This document shows positions 38,401 to 47,564 of a DNA stretch of 64,000 nucleotides, one piece after another; position 1 is the first letter of the stretch, and every line of letters starts with the position of its first letter. The translations under genes were made by a program, and so were the position numbers. The notes beneath the pieces were generated by a model. That model saw nothing but the letters and a program-made list of their open reading frames with translations, was not told where the DNA came from and did not search any database. The DNA is taken from the IMG/VR virus record IMGVR_UViG_3300028800_000001, positions 263,296 through 327,295 of that record. One strand, given 5' to 3'.

Positions 38401-39588
38401 TTACGCCACTCCAGTTTTAACGGTGTCAAGCACCGCACAGTAGTAGAGAATAGTGGTTTGGATGCCTCTAAAGCTATCATCGTGCTTTTTAACTTTACCT
38501 TTGATGACGTAACTCTCACCTTCAATCAGTAGGTCTTTCGGAGTGAACCATGTGTATTGGTTCCCTTCTGCATCCTCCAGGTGATAAATGTTATTGACAG
38601 AGCCGCGTTTAAAGCCAGGGCAATAGTTGACGCGTACCAGCGTCAACGTACGCGTGATTTCCTCGTCTACGTTTCCTTGAAATTGGCTCACCTTTTTCTC
38701 GGTGCGCCGCGAAATCTTATGCGCAAGATCATAGGCTACAAAGAGGGAAGCGACCGTTCCACAGAATTTCCAGGGGATACTGTCGCTCTTGCAGGCCACC
38801 CACAGATTATGATGATAATCACTCGTGCTTTCGTTGATGACCAGTTCGCGTATCCAGGTGAGTGCCGTTTGTACGCGCTTTTCGTCTTCGTTGTTTGGTC
38901 GCGGCGCATCTTGATCTTTTCGCACATCGTCAATCATGAAGAGCGCGGTCTGTGACGTTTTTGCCAGTGGCTCGTAGCTTTCGTGCACCATCTTGGCGGA
39001 AACCCACCCGTAGGTACGGATTGCGAGGGCCACCCAACGCAGGTAACTTTCAGTGCCGATTCCATCAATACGACCAGCGCATCCCTCCTCGTAGGCACCA
39101 CAGGAGTCGCCTGCCAGTGACAACAGCTCTGCGTATGAGGCCATCGCCTCTGGGCTTTTGTGTCCTAAAAAGTCTTTTAAGCAGGTGCGACCAACCTGTT
39201 TGTAAACGCCGGTTGCGTTTTGACGCAGAATAAAGGTGTTGTCGCGTCTGCGATTGGTGTTACACTGTTCGCACTGCTGGGGAACATGGCGAAACTGGAC
39301 AAGCTCGCCTTCGTGGGTCATTGTTGGTACAGAGCGTAAAATATTGCCGTCTTCGGTGTGATCGACAATCGAGATGAAGCTCCATCCGTTGATAATAGGA
39401 GAATCGCCTGTGATCTCAATCTCAAAGTGGCACAAATCGATGCCACCGAGCTCTTCAACCTTGATCATCTGTGTACCAACAACAGAGAGCACAATAGGAG
39501 CGCATTTTAAGCGTTTCGCCTTGCGGTTGAGGACATTAATCTTCTCTTGAAGTTTATCCATGTTGGGCTGTGGAATGAGGTAGGTCAT
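38401..39588 (-). CDS. Conserved phage protein with Zn site and C-terminal OB-fold-like domain
   Basis: CEQCNTNRRR, QVGRTCLKDF, YTWFT...IKGKVKKH; own promoter; hairpin at 38384..38419. Confidence 0.6.
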   Translation of the reverse strand: MTYLIPQPNMDKLQEKINVLNRKAKRLKCAPIVLSVVGTQMIKVEELGGIDLCHFEIEITGDSPIINGWSFISIVDHTEDGNILRSVPTMTHEGELVQFRHVPQQCEQCNTNRRRDNTFILRQNATGVYKQVGRTCLKDFLGHKSPEAMASYAELLSLAGDSCGAYEEGCAGRIDGIGTESYLRWVALAIRTYGWVSAKMVHESYEPLAKTSQTALFMIDDVRKDQDAPRPNNEDEKRVQTALTWIRELVINESTSDYHHNLWVACKSDSIPWKFCGTVASLFVAYDLAHKISRRTEKKVSQFQGNVDEEITRTLTLVRVNYCPGFKRGSVNNIYHLEDAEGNQYTWFTPKDLLIEGESYVIKGKVKKHDDSFRGIQTTILYYCAVLDTVKTGVA

Positions 39589-39652
39589 CGATTTTTCTCC
39601 TTGAATTAATTATTTTATTTTTTCGTTTTCACAAAATCATTTTCTAAAATTA

Positions 39653-39706
39653 ATTATAGGCCAGAACGGGTTAAAAGACAAGCATTTTTTCACTGTATTT
39701 TCAGAA
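39653..39706 (-). promoter_or_regulatory. Sigma70-type promoter with conserved upstream element
   Basis: TTCTGAAAATACA-N12-TTGTCT-N17-TATAAT. Confidence 0.7.
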
Positions 39707-39754
39707 TATAAATAAAAACCGCTCAAACTTCTTCAAGATGAGCGGTATGCGAGG

Positions 39755-40015
39755 TTAGGGAAGCAGGGCTGTTTGTGCATCAATGAGGTGCTGTAAGTTT
39801 TCTACAAAGGCGAGACTAAGAGTGATTTGCTCTTTGACTCTGTTCACTTCTCCTTGCGCGGCTGCAATAAATTCGCGCTGTTTGGCGTAGAGCCCCTGCT
39901 TTACTTGTCTGATTTCATCTTCAATAGCGGGGCGCTCTTCGTCTGAAGAGGCGATGAGTCTTTGCCTGAGTGTTTCAATGGTGGTGTAGTGTTCGGTAAG
40001 TTGCGCGTCTAGCAT
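39755..40015 (-). CDS. Coiled-coil hypothetical protein
   Basis: Heptad-rich; start uncertain. Confidence 0.45.
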   Translation of the reverse strand: MLDAQLTEHYTTIETLRQRLIASSDEERPAIEDEIRQVKQGLYAKQREFIAAAQGEVNRVKEQITLSLAFVENLQHLIDAQTALLP

Positions 40016-40046
40016 TTGTAAATGTTCCAAAGAGGTCTCCTTTTTA

Positions 40047-40349
40047 TTAGAAACTAAAACCGCGCTTATGCGCGTACTGTTTACTGTGCAGATACAGGGT
40101 TGGCACAATGCCCAGGTCAAGAAATTCGTCGAGGATATTGCAGATCCCACCAAGTGCCTCTTCGTCAGAGACAACTTTCATGAACGGATTCTTTTTGCTG
40201 TACTGCTCAAAATAGAAGTTTAGTTTGTTCAATTTCTTGAGTAGCGCTTTATCCTCTCTTGCCATGCGCAACATGTTCAGGCGGGTGCGCTCATCAATGA
40301 CGGTTTCTTGGAGTCTTTTGACGACTGCGAGCATTTCATCGGTGTTCAT
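40047..40349 (-). CDS. Hypothetical protein
   Basis: AAGGAG RBS; upstream TTGTCT/TATACT promoter-like boxes. Confidence 0.55.
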   Translation of the reverse strand: MNTDEMLAVVKRLQETVIDERTRLNMLRMAREDKALLKKLNKLNFYFEQYSKKNPFMKVVSDEEALGGICNILDEFLDLGIVPTLYLHSKQYAHKRGFSF

Positions 40350-40464
40350 TGTGCTTCTCCTTGATTTTTCGTTTATTTCTTCTATACGAGAAGTATACGC
40401 CAGGAAAAGGACAAAGACAAGGGTTTTTTCATCGCATTGTCAGAGATGAAAAAACCCTTGAGAA

Positions 40465-41358
40465 CTACTTACTTTGGAACGGGTTGAGGAGAATATTACT
40501 GCCATTGGTTGAAAGGGTGCTCGGCAGGTGTCCGTCCCATTTCTGTTGGTACATCTGAATTAAGAGGTACTGCAAGTATTGTGGTGACTTTGAGAGCTCA
40601 GCATTAATGATCTGAATTTGCTGTGCCTGTGACTGCGCTTGTATCTTGGCCGCGTCAGCCGTGTACTGTGCCTTCAGTTTTAAGAATTGCGCCTGTGTGG
40701 CATCTTGCTGGGCTTGCTGTATCGCATCAATACTGGTTTGCTGCGCTTTACTGTAGTGCGGCTGTCCAAGTGAGATTTGTTCAATTGTGACGCCATACTT
40801 ATTCATAATGGGGGTGAGTTGCCCCATCATTGCGGTCTCAATGGAGTTGCCGTGTGAACTGACATCTTGCCACTGATAAGCTCCACCGACCTGATTGAGA
40901 GCATGAATGACGCTTTGGCGAATAAGCTTGGTGCTGACATCGTTATTGAAGCTACCATCCAGCGGTACTCCAGGCATCAGAAAGTAGAGCTTGGCTGGAT
41001 CGGTCACGCGCCACTGCGTTGTGATATCAACCTTGAGTGGAATACCGTTTAAGGTGACAAAGGTGACACTGTCATCACCGCCTTGCTGGCCTTCGGCAGG
41101 ATTGGCGACCATTGCCAATGTTTGCAAGGCGACAGGATATTCAAAAACCGCTTGTCCGTTCCACGAGTTGTACCAATTGAAGGTACTCTGTGGCAGGATG
41201 GTCACATTGGGTTGCCCATTGGCACTTCGCTGTGTGTAGTTGATTAAGAGCCCTACTTGCCCCGCGTTCACGCGGTAGGTAAAGCTACTCATAATAAAGA
41301 CAATCAGAAGAATAAAGAGCACGAGCGCGGCTCCTACGCTGATAAGAAATTTGGTCAT
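40465..41358 (-). CDS. SPFH/band 7 (prohibitin-like) membrane protein
   Basis: N-terminal TM, VNAGQVG, coiled coil, QKWDGHLP. Confidence 0.85.
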   Translation of the reverse strand: MTKFLISVGAALVLFILLIVFIMSSFTYRVNAGQVGLLINYTQRSANGQPNVTILPQSTFNWYNSWNGQAVFEYPVALQTLAMVANPAEGQQGGDDSVTFVTLNGIPLKVDITTQWRVTDPAKLYFLMPGVPLDGSFNNDVSTKLIRQSVIHALNQVGGAYQWQDVSSHGNSIETAMMGQLTPIMNKYGVTIEQISLGQPHYSKAQQTSIDAIQQAQQDATQAQFLKLKAQYTADAAKIQAQSQAQQIQIINAELSKSPQYLQYLLIQMYQQKWDGHLPSTLSTNGSNILLNPFQSK

Positions 41359-41559
41359 TGGTTACTCCTCACGCCATGTCTGGCGAATAGTTGTTTTGGT
41401 TGTTCGAAAATTTTTGCGTATCCAGAGTGCAATTCTGGTAAGTTGTTTCGCAAAGAGTGCGATGCACACGGTGATCACGCTGAGTGCACCAAGTACAGGA
41501 AAGACAATCCATTGCCACATTGATAGTTTCCTTTCATAAGAAGAAGAACGAAAAAGTTT

Positions 41560-41883
41560 TTAAACAATAAAAAAGCCATAGTTTTTGGCTTCCTCTAACC
41601 AGATGAGTAAATCCACTACACGCTTCTCGTAGAGTGTTCCCCACGGCTCTTCGCGCTCCTGTGCGAGGTATTCTTTGGTCAGCCGGTGAAGTCTGGCCGC
41701 AAGGCGCTTACTCACATAGTGCCCATCATTGGCATAGTAGTATTCTTCTTTCCCTTTGGTCAGATAGCCACGTGCTTCAGCCATGCGTATAATATCGCCC
41801 CAGGCTACAGAAGAAGGGAGGAAGTTTTCAAGCTCCACTCCCTCTGGTATGGCGTTGCGTTTGGCTGCAAGTTCATATCCCAT
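41560..41883 (-). CDS. Hypothetical protein
   Basis: Likely start MGYELAA after GGAG. Confidence 0.5.
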   Translation of the reverse strand: MGYELAAKRNAIPEGVELENFLPSSVAWGDIIRMAEARGYLTKGKEEYYYANDGHYVSKRLAARLHRLTKEYLAQEREEPWGTLYEKRVVDLLIWLEEAKNYGFFIV

Positions 41884-41887
41884 TACT

Positions 41888-42247
41888 TTACTCCCACGGA
41901 TAATCGGCAGGGCTTGCTGCCTGTTCAACGATTGCATCGAGCGCTTCACGTGAGCGCATTGCACCAGCCCAGGCAGCACGTAGATAGGTCTGCCCATGCC
42001 GCTTGTTTTCCTCCAGGTACGCTTCACGGATCTTGTCATGCTGCGCTTTGTTGGACGCAAGTGCTTCGCGTGCACTCTCCAGCGTAAATCCTTCTTTTTC
42101 GAGAAGGGCAATTCGCTCTTGTATGCCTTGAAAGACACCACCATCAGCTCTGGCCTCGCCGGAGGCGATTAAGCGCTCACAGTAGGTGATGAGGCGCACC
42201 GTTTGGTGCAGTGCGCTGTAGTGTTCGTAACTCGTAATTCCCTGCAT
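41888..42247 (-). CDS. Hypothetical protein
   Basis: Likely start MQGITSY. Confidence 0.5.
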   Translation of the reverse strand: MQGITSYEHYSALHQTVRLITYCERLIASGEARADGGVFQGIQERIALLEKEGFTLESAREALASNKAQHDKIREAYLEENKRHGQTYLRAAWAGAMRSREALDAIVEQAASPADYPWE

Positions 42248-42261
42248 TTTTCTTTTCCTTT

Positions 42262-43149
42262 TTAATAGTTCATTGGCGCACGCCAGTAATCGCAGTGATC
42301 TATCGTGCCGAGCGATTGACTGCTGAACCATCCGCCGTCGCCGTTATGCTTGCAGCGCACCAGGACGCCGTTGCCATCTTGCCAGAAGGTTTCCCATGGT
42401 TTTGAACTGTCAGAGGTAACCGCTTCTAATTGTGGGTTAACCAGTCCTGGCGGGAATAAACTGCCATCAAAGGCCGGTAACTTTTTGCACTGTGTCGCAA
42501 CACCAAAGCCGTCTTTGGCAAACCAGCTCCCGTCATTCGGTTTGGTATGCAGACACACGCTTCCATCGCTCCAGAAGCTTTGCGCATCAATATTTTGTCC
42601 AGCGTTAATGGAAACCAGCACCGCAGAAGGATCAACCCATTGCGGATGTGCAAATGGTTTACAACCGGTGACCGATGTTGCGGTATTGCCCCAAAAGGTA
42701 TTATCATGATTGCAAATGCTCATCTTGCCGTTCGGTAACAACCAGACGGATTGTGTGAGCTCGTTGTAGCCCATATTGATTGCGGCAAACGTTGCGGTAC
42801 TTGGCAGTTGCGCTGGGACGGCAAAATGATCGCAATCTGACGGATCAGCAGTAAGATTATCCCAATCATTATCGTGGTAGCAGCGAATAACGTAGCCAGC
42901 GCGAGTCGGGTCATACCAATACGACTCTGTGGTTTTACTATACTTTCCCGCACCCGCAGAGGTGACATCAGCCAACAGCAACTTTGAGGTCGCTTCCTGC
43001 TTTGTGGGTTGCTGCGTTGCGTTATGAATACAGGAACCGACACCAAAGAGCAAGAAGCCAATAACGAGACTTACCAGTATTGTGCTTATTGCTGTTTGAC
43101 AGCCTTCGCCGCTACTTGACGAGCGACGACGACCATAACGATCTTCCAT
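42262..43149 (-). CDS. Membrane-anchored protein with four Cys/Trp repeats
   Basis: TM helix then four [EQ][ST].W...C.H units. Confidence 0.6.
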   Translation of the reverse strand: MEDRYGRRRSSSSGEGCQTAISTILVSLVIGFLLFGVGSCIHNATQQPTKQEATSKLLLADVTSAGAGKYSKTTESYWYDPTRAGYVIRCYHDNDWDNLTADPSDCDHFAVPAQLPSTATFAAINMGYNELTQSVWLLPNGKMSICNHDNTFWGNTATSVTGCKPFAHPQWVDPSAVLVSINAGQNIDAQSFWSDGSVCLHTKPNDGSWFAKDGFGVATQCKKLPAFDGSLFPPGLVNPQLEAVTSDSSKPWETFWQDGNGVLVRCKHNGDGGWFSSQSLGTIDHCDYWRAPMNY

Positions 43150-43218
43150 AAAATCTATCCTTTTTTCAAGAGAGTATTCTTTACTTTCTTCAACGTATAA
43201 TCAGATCAAAGATCAAAT

Positions 43219-43683
43219 TTAAGAATCAAAGTAAATGTGCAGTGTTGGCTCTTTGGTAAGCATGAGTGATGCCTCTTTACAGATAAAGTGCATCCAGGCG
43301 AGAATGGCTTTTTGCCGCTCCGCTGCACCTTTTTGCTGACTGTAATACGCGACTGCATCAGGGTAATCCTCATCGCAGCCTGCGATGATTTCGTTAAGCA
43401 GCGTGAGAAATTTGGGAGTGATCGCAAGGAATACGTTGTTCGTAGCCTCTTCCCACGGACCACCGTAGATGTAATCTTCCAGGCTTTTCCCTTTTGCATT
43501 TTCAACCATGAGCACATCGCCCATTTCGTGCTCCAAGATGTTGATTTCGTTTTCTTTTCCAGCGAAGATTGAAAATCCTAACTCTTTGGTTTTTGTGCAG
43601 GACATAGGTTCGATAACGCTCTGACGATGATTGTCCGTAGTTTCTAAAACAAGGTTGCCAACGCTGATCGTGACAAGGCTCAT
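43219..43683 (-). CDS. Hypothetical protein
   Basis: AAGGAG RBS, ATGA overlap. Confidence 0.55.
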   Translation of the reverse strand: MSLVTISVGNLVLETTDNHRQSVIEPMSCTKTKELGFSIFAGKENEINILEHEMGDVLMVENAKGKSLEDYIYGGPWEEATNNVFLAITPKFLTLLNEIIAGCDEDYPDAVAYYSQQKGAAERQKAILAWMHFICKEASLMLTKEPTLHIYFDS

Positions 43684-44408
43684 AGCTGTACTCCTTTATT
43701 ATTTGCTGTGCGCACTCGTACTAAAAAATCCTCTAAAGTCTTTTTCGTCTCTTGCGCGGTGAAATCTGGCAGGCTGCTCAGCGCCTTGCATTCTTCTAGA
43801 TAGTTATAGAAGTGCTCAAGCGTGCGTTCATGTTCCCAACATGCCTGTTTTTCTATCCCCTCTATCCCTTCTTTGCGATACGCAAGTAGCGTTTGTATTG
43901 TGGGCACATCATATTCTTCTGCGAGCGTTGGGAGGCAATACTCAAGGGAACCAGAGCGCATCAGGTGAACGGCCATCAGTAGACAGCGATAGCAATGCAA
44001 CAACTTCTTCACGTCGTTGAGCTGCATACGTTTCTGTTGATTAAATGCCATGCCCCGATAATGATCAGCGCAGCGCTTCGAAAAACAACCAACAGCCAAT
44101 TTTTTGAGTTCCTGGTGCGCAGCTCCACTCACCAGTGGATCAGGTGTATAGAGGTCTTCGAGCGCGCTTCCGTTTCCTTTGATGAGTAAAAGCAGGTGTT
44201 TCTTCAGGTCGTGGGTCACCACTTCTAGATTCTCTTCTGGACGCTTTATCTCGATAGTATCGCCACCAGAAGGGAAGCCAAGTACATGCTCTAATGGAAG
44301 GCAATGCACGCCGTGAAAGTCTTGATCGGAAAACGATCCTTGCATGCCATAGAGGTGTGAACCGGAAAGCCCTAAGAATAAAATGGGGTATGGGTGGTCT
44401 AACTTCAT
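43680..44408 (-). CDS. YcgL-like predicted nucleotidyltransferase
   Basis: SGSHLYG...SDQDFHGV, KGN..ALE, KKLLHCYRCLL. Confidence 0.8.
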   Translation of the reverse strand: MKLDHPYPILFLGLSGSHLYGMQGSFSDQDFHGVHCLPLEHVLGFPSGGDTIEIKRPEENLEVVTHDLKKHLLLLIKGNGSALEDLYTPDPLVSGAAHQELKKLAVGCFSKRCADHYRGMAFNQQKRMQLNDVKKLLHCYRCLLMAVHLMRSGSLEYCLPTLAEEYDVPTIQTLLAYRKEGIEGIEKQACWEHERTLEHFYNYLEECKALSSLPDFTAQETKKTLEDFLVRVRTANNKGVQL

Positions 44409-44418
44409 AAAAGATCTC

Positions 44419-44751
44419 CTACAAAAAGTATTCAATATTACATTCACCTTGATGAAAGGTGAACTCCATCGGGCCAGCCTCATCATCCAGGGTCAGCTTG
44501 CTGCCCTCTTGGACGTAAGGGGCAAGAAGAATGAAAAAGAGCTCAAGAAATGCCCCGTTACCATTGTGGCCTTGCACCGTCAGTTTATTTTTATGGACGG
44601 CAAAGGTGAAGTCCCAGGCCGTGAAGAAGTCTTCAACAGTCCTGGCCTGAGACAGCGCAGTATTGGTGCGGTGAAACTGTGTAAAGAGTTTTTGCTCAAT
44701 CGCGTCACGTTCGTCAAGATTGAGCAAAAAAGCATTGGTCGCAATGTTCAT
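44419..44751 (-). CDS. Hypothetical protein (paralog of 44751..45104)
   Basis: T.EDFF, FF.LLAPYVQ, DE..PM.F. Confidence 0.55.
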   Translation of the reverse strand: MNIATNAFLLNLDERDAIEQKLFTQFHRTNTALSQARTVEDFFTAWDFTFAVHKNKLTVQGHNGNGAFLELFFILLAPYVQEGSKLTLDDEAGPMEFTFHQGECNIEYFL

Positions 44752-45104
44752 TAAAAGTATCTCTTTTCCAGGGTGAGATACGCCATCGTCACTTCGCCGT
44801 CACGAAATTCGATACGCATTGGCGTTTCGTCTTTTGCCCATACCAGTAAGAAACAGTTTTGCACATAAGGGGCAAGTACTTCGAAGAAGGTGCGCAGTCC
44901 ACTGCCGTATTGGTCTTTTATTTCGGTGATATAGACGTTATTTTCAAGAATCACCGTCTTGATTCCGTAGAAAGTGAAAAAGTCAGCAATGGTATCCTTA
45001 TGCTTTGGCTCATGCGAGAGTCTACGTGCGTAAGCTAAAAGTGCAAGATATAATTCTGGGAAACGCTCGTTACTGAGTACGAAAGTATTCTGTAGTAAAA
45101 TCAT
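44751..45104 (-). CDS. Hypothetical protein (paralog of 44419..44751)
   Basis: T.ADFF, FFEVLAPYVQ, DETPM. Confidence 0.55.
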   Translation of the reverse strand: MILLQNTFVLSNERFPELYLALLAYARRLSHEPKHKDTIADFFTFYGIKTVILENNVYITEIKDQYGSGLRTFFEVLAPYVQNCFLLVWAKDETPMRIEFRDGEVTMAYLTLEKRYF

Positions 45105-45820
45105 AGATTTAATTCCTTTAGTTTTTCTTCAAACAGCGTGTTGCGCTCTGCCGTCAGTCCAATAACTTGATAGCCTCCAAGGTCTTCGTCAGGTTCCAAA
45201 AGTGCCACTGCGTTTCCGTAAGGTGGATCATCAGGCGTACACAACCGGTAATGATAGACGCCGTATTCAACACCATCAACGGTGACATCAATTGTGTCTT
45301 TCCCCCAGATACAGAGCTCCACCGTATGCTTTGGGTTGTCAAAGCGGAGTGTGCGTGCTGCGTCTTCTCGCAGGGCGTTAAGATGCTCTTCAACGTCTTC
45401 GAGATAAGGTTGTGGGTCAACAGGATAGCGCGCTAAGAGTGTTCTCGCCTGTTCTACTGAAGTACACCAGAAGAGGTTCGCCTCAGTGACCGTTCCGTTA
45501 TCGCTCACACGGATTAAAACATTGCGTTCATCATCGCTATCTTCATCAACGACCACAAGCAACTGCTCGTCATCACGGCAGGCCAGTAAGCGTTCACGTG
45601 CATCGCTGTAGTTGCGCTCTGCCATCCAACCAAGTTTGCTTGCCTCTTGGAGTGTTCTCGGTGGTGTCGCATTCTTAATAGGATTGCGAAGCAAAAATGC
45701 GCGTGCTTCACGCTCCCAGTGAGCAGAAAATGTTTGTTGGCTCAGCCAGTGCACATAATTGCGTGGCACCGCGCTCAGCCCTTTGCCTTTGTGTTTTCCA
45801 AACGGAAGTAGTTCTTCCAT
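45101..45820 (-). CDS. DUF3820-like N-terminal domain protein
   Basis: LPFGKHKGKGLSAVPRNYVHWL. Confidence 0.6.
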   Translation of the reverse strand: MEELLPFGKHKGKGLSAVPRNYVHWLSQQTFSAHWEREARAFLLRNPIKNATPPRTLQEASKLGWMAERNYSDARERLLACRDDEQLLVVVDEDSDDERNVLIRVSDNGTVTEANLFWCTSVEQARTLLARYPVDPQPYLEDVEEHLNALREDAARTLRFDNPKHTVELCIWGKDTIDVTVDGVEYGVYHYRLCTPDDPPYGNAVALLEPDEDLGGYQVIGLTAERNTLFEEKLKELNL

Positions 45821-45829
45821 ACGACTCCT

Positions 45830-46291
45830 TTAGAGAAAAATGAGATCAGTCTCGGTCACGCTTTCTGATTGCATAACAGTTAAGCGAGCGAGATCAAACG
45901 CTGGGTCTTTATACCCATCAAACATCGCAAAACGGCGTACCACGCGGTTGTCGTACGCCATCTCTGGCACGAGCTCCAGGTACAGGATGCAATCGTCGTA
46001 GGCGTATGGTACCCACAGCCAGACGTAGCCGACGAGCTTGCCGTTGATGACGAGCGGATACTGTGTGTCTTCTTCGTACACCTTTGGACTAGTGGGGAGC
46101 GCATCGATTTTTCTAAAGTAGCGCTCTTCTTCAATGGTTAACCGCGCTACCACCTGACGACCTGTCCAGGCCCAAGGGAACGAACCGTCGCTGTTGCGTT
46201 TGTACTTTGCGGTGTTCTTCATGAGACGCGCACAAGAATTGGCGAACGTTTGGATAATTCTTTCGGAAACGGCGCTATCGGTTGTAAACAT
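45830..46291 (-). CDS. Hypothetical protein
   Basis: GGAGG RBS. Confidence 0.55.
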   Translation of the reverse strand: MFTTDSAVSERIIQTFANSCARLMKNTAKYKRNSDGSFPWAWTGRQVVARLTIEEERYFRKIDALPTSPKVYEEDTQYPLVINGKLVGYVWLWVPYAYDDCILYLELVPEMAYDNRVVRRFAMFDGYKDPAFDLARLTVMQSESVTETDLIFL

Positions 46292-46292
46292 G

Positions 46293-46592
46293 CTAGACCT
46301 CCTGGTTGTACTGGTTGAAATAACCGTTAATTTTTTCGAGAGAAGAAAACCAGAGATATGCGGCGTTTTGGCCGTCGATCTGTGCTTTTCTACAGAAGGT
46401 TGGAGCGAGCGCTTTGACTACATCCACCTGAACGTTTAACTGCATCACACGGTACAGACGCTCTTGCTCGTGCCAGTAGTAGGCGCTTCCGTCTTCTTCC
46501 TGCCAGACCTGTATCTTAAACTGACGCATGATCAGGTGTGCGGTCGCGGTCATATCCTCTGGTGCTTGTGCGTTCTTTGGAAGTTTATTCAT
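46293..46592 (-). CDS. Hypothetical protein
   Basis: AAGGAG RBS, start MNKLPK, promoter upstream. Confidence 0.55.
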   Translation of the reverse strand: MNKLPKNAQAPEDMTATAHLIMRQFKIQVWQEEDGSAYYWHEQERLYRVMQLNVQVDVVKALAPTFCRKAQIDGQNAAYLWFSSLEKINGYFNQYNQEV

Positions 46593-46637
46593 TGCTCTTT
46601 TTCTCCTTGAATGTTTTCGTTTATTTCTTATACAGGA

Positions 46638-46728
46638 AGTATAGCTGAAAGGCGCTTCTACGTCAAGTATTTTTACCATGTATTTTCAGAAAAAAGAGGT
46701 TGACAGCCAAAAAAGTCTCTGCTATACT
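46638..46728. promoter_or_regulatory. Divergent promoter pair sharing the conserved element
   Basis: Minus: TTCTGAAAATACA-N12-TTGACG-N17-TATACT; plus: TTGACA(46700)-N17-TATACT(46723). Confidence 0.7.
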
Positions 46729-46734
46729 AAGGAC

Positions 46735-47015
46735 TCAAGACTGGTGGCTAAGGCTCTTGCGGGTTGCTTCCCAATAAGAGAGTTGAAGGTGCGAAGAGAT
46801 AGAACGGTAGGGACTGTTTCTGCGGGGGTCGAAATGGAAACTATCAACGCGGAGCCACTCTCTTCCGTAGTAGGGCAGATGGTGTTTTTCTTGAAGACGG
46901 ACAGCAGGCGTTGAGAGAGAAATATCTTTGTTCCCAGGCACCGACCTGGAAAACGGTAGAGCAAAAAGCTTGCTCGGCAGAAAAGAACCTATAAATTATA
47001 GGTTCTTTTCTTTTT
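46735..47015 (+). ncRNA. Candidate structured non-coding RNA (~270 nt)
   Basis: Bounded by a consensus promoter and the terminator AAAAGAACCTATA-AAT-TATAGGTTCTTTT; no convincing ORF; several complementary segments. Confidence 0.45.
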
Positions 47016-47340
47016 TGCCAGCGTAGTACGCACCATCACGCAACATTGTGCGTACTACTTTTTGGCAGGCAGTGCATTGATGCTTGCGCACGAGTATCAC
47101 ATGTGGTGTTATGACACCGCTGGCATTTATGCTATTTTGATCCCACTGCTCTTCTGCAAGAAAAACAAATTCGTGCGGTCCTTTCCCTTTCTTGCAGAAA
47201 TCTTTGGGATACTTTGCTGGGTGCCTTGGCAATTCTTCAGCCATCATGGAAACGAGTATATCATTTTTTGGGTGGCTTTGCTTTGGGAGCGGTTTTATCA
47301 CGATTATCAATCGTGCCATATTTTTCTTTATTAGGGGCAA
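46996..47340 (-). CDS. Hypothetical Zn-binding protein
   Basis: CKKG...H...CTAC; start uncertain. Confidence 0.4.
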   Translation of the reverse strand: MPLIKKNMARLIIVIKPLPKQSHPKNDILVSMMAEELPRHPAKYPKDFCKKGKGPHEFVFLAEEQWDQNSINASGVITPHVILVRKHQCTACQKVVRTMLRDGAYYAGKKEKNL

Positions 47341-47564
47341 GACGCATATCGGGCGCGGTTGCCTTTTTGGGTTTTCCCATAATAATCCTCCTTATGCTTT
47401 CGCGCCAAGCGCATAAATGATAGCGGCAACGAGTGCGAGCACTGCGACGATACCATAGATGATTGCGTGCACGTATTGGCGTGCCATTCCGGCAGTGATC
47501 GCGATATCACCGCAGCGAACAGTAATAAAGACAAGCATGACAAAAAGTGGTTGTACGAGCATGA

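Noticed and set aside
46735-47015. tRNA, tmRNA or RNase P RNA
   Set aside because: No cloverleaf, T-loop/CCA end or RNase P P4 consensus recognised by eye
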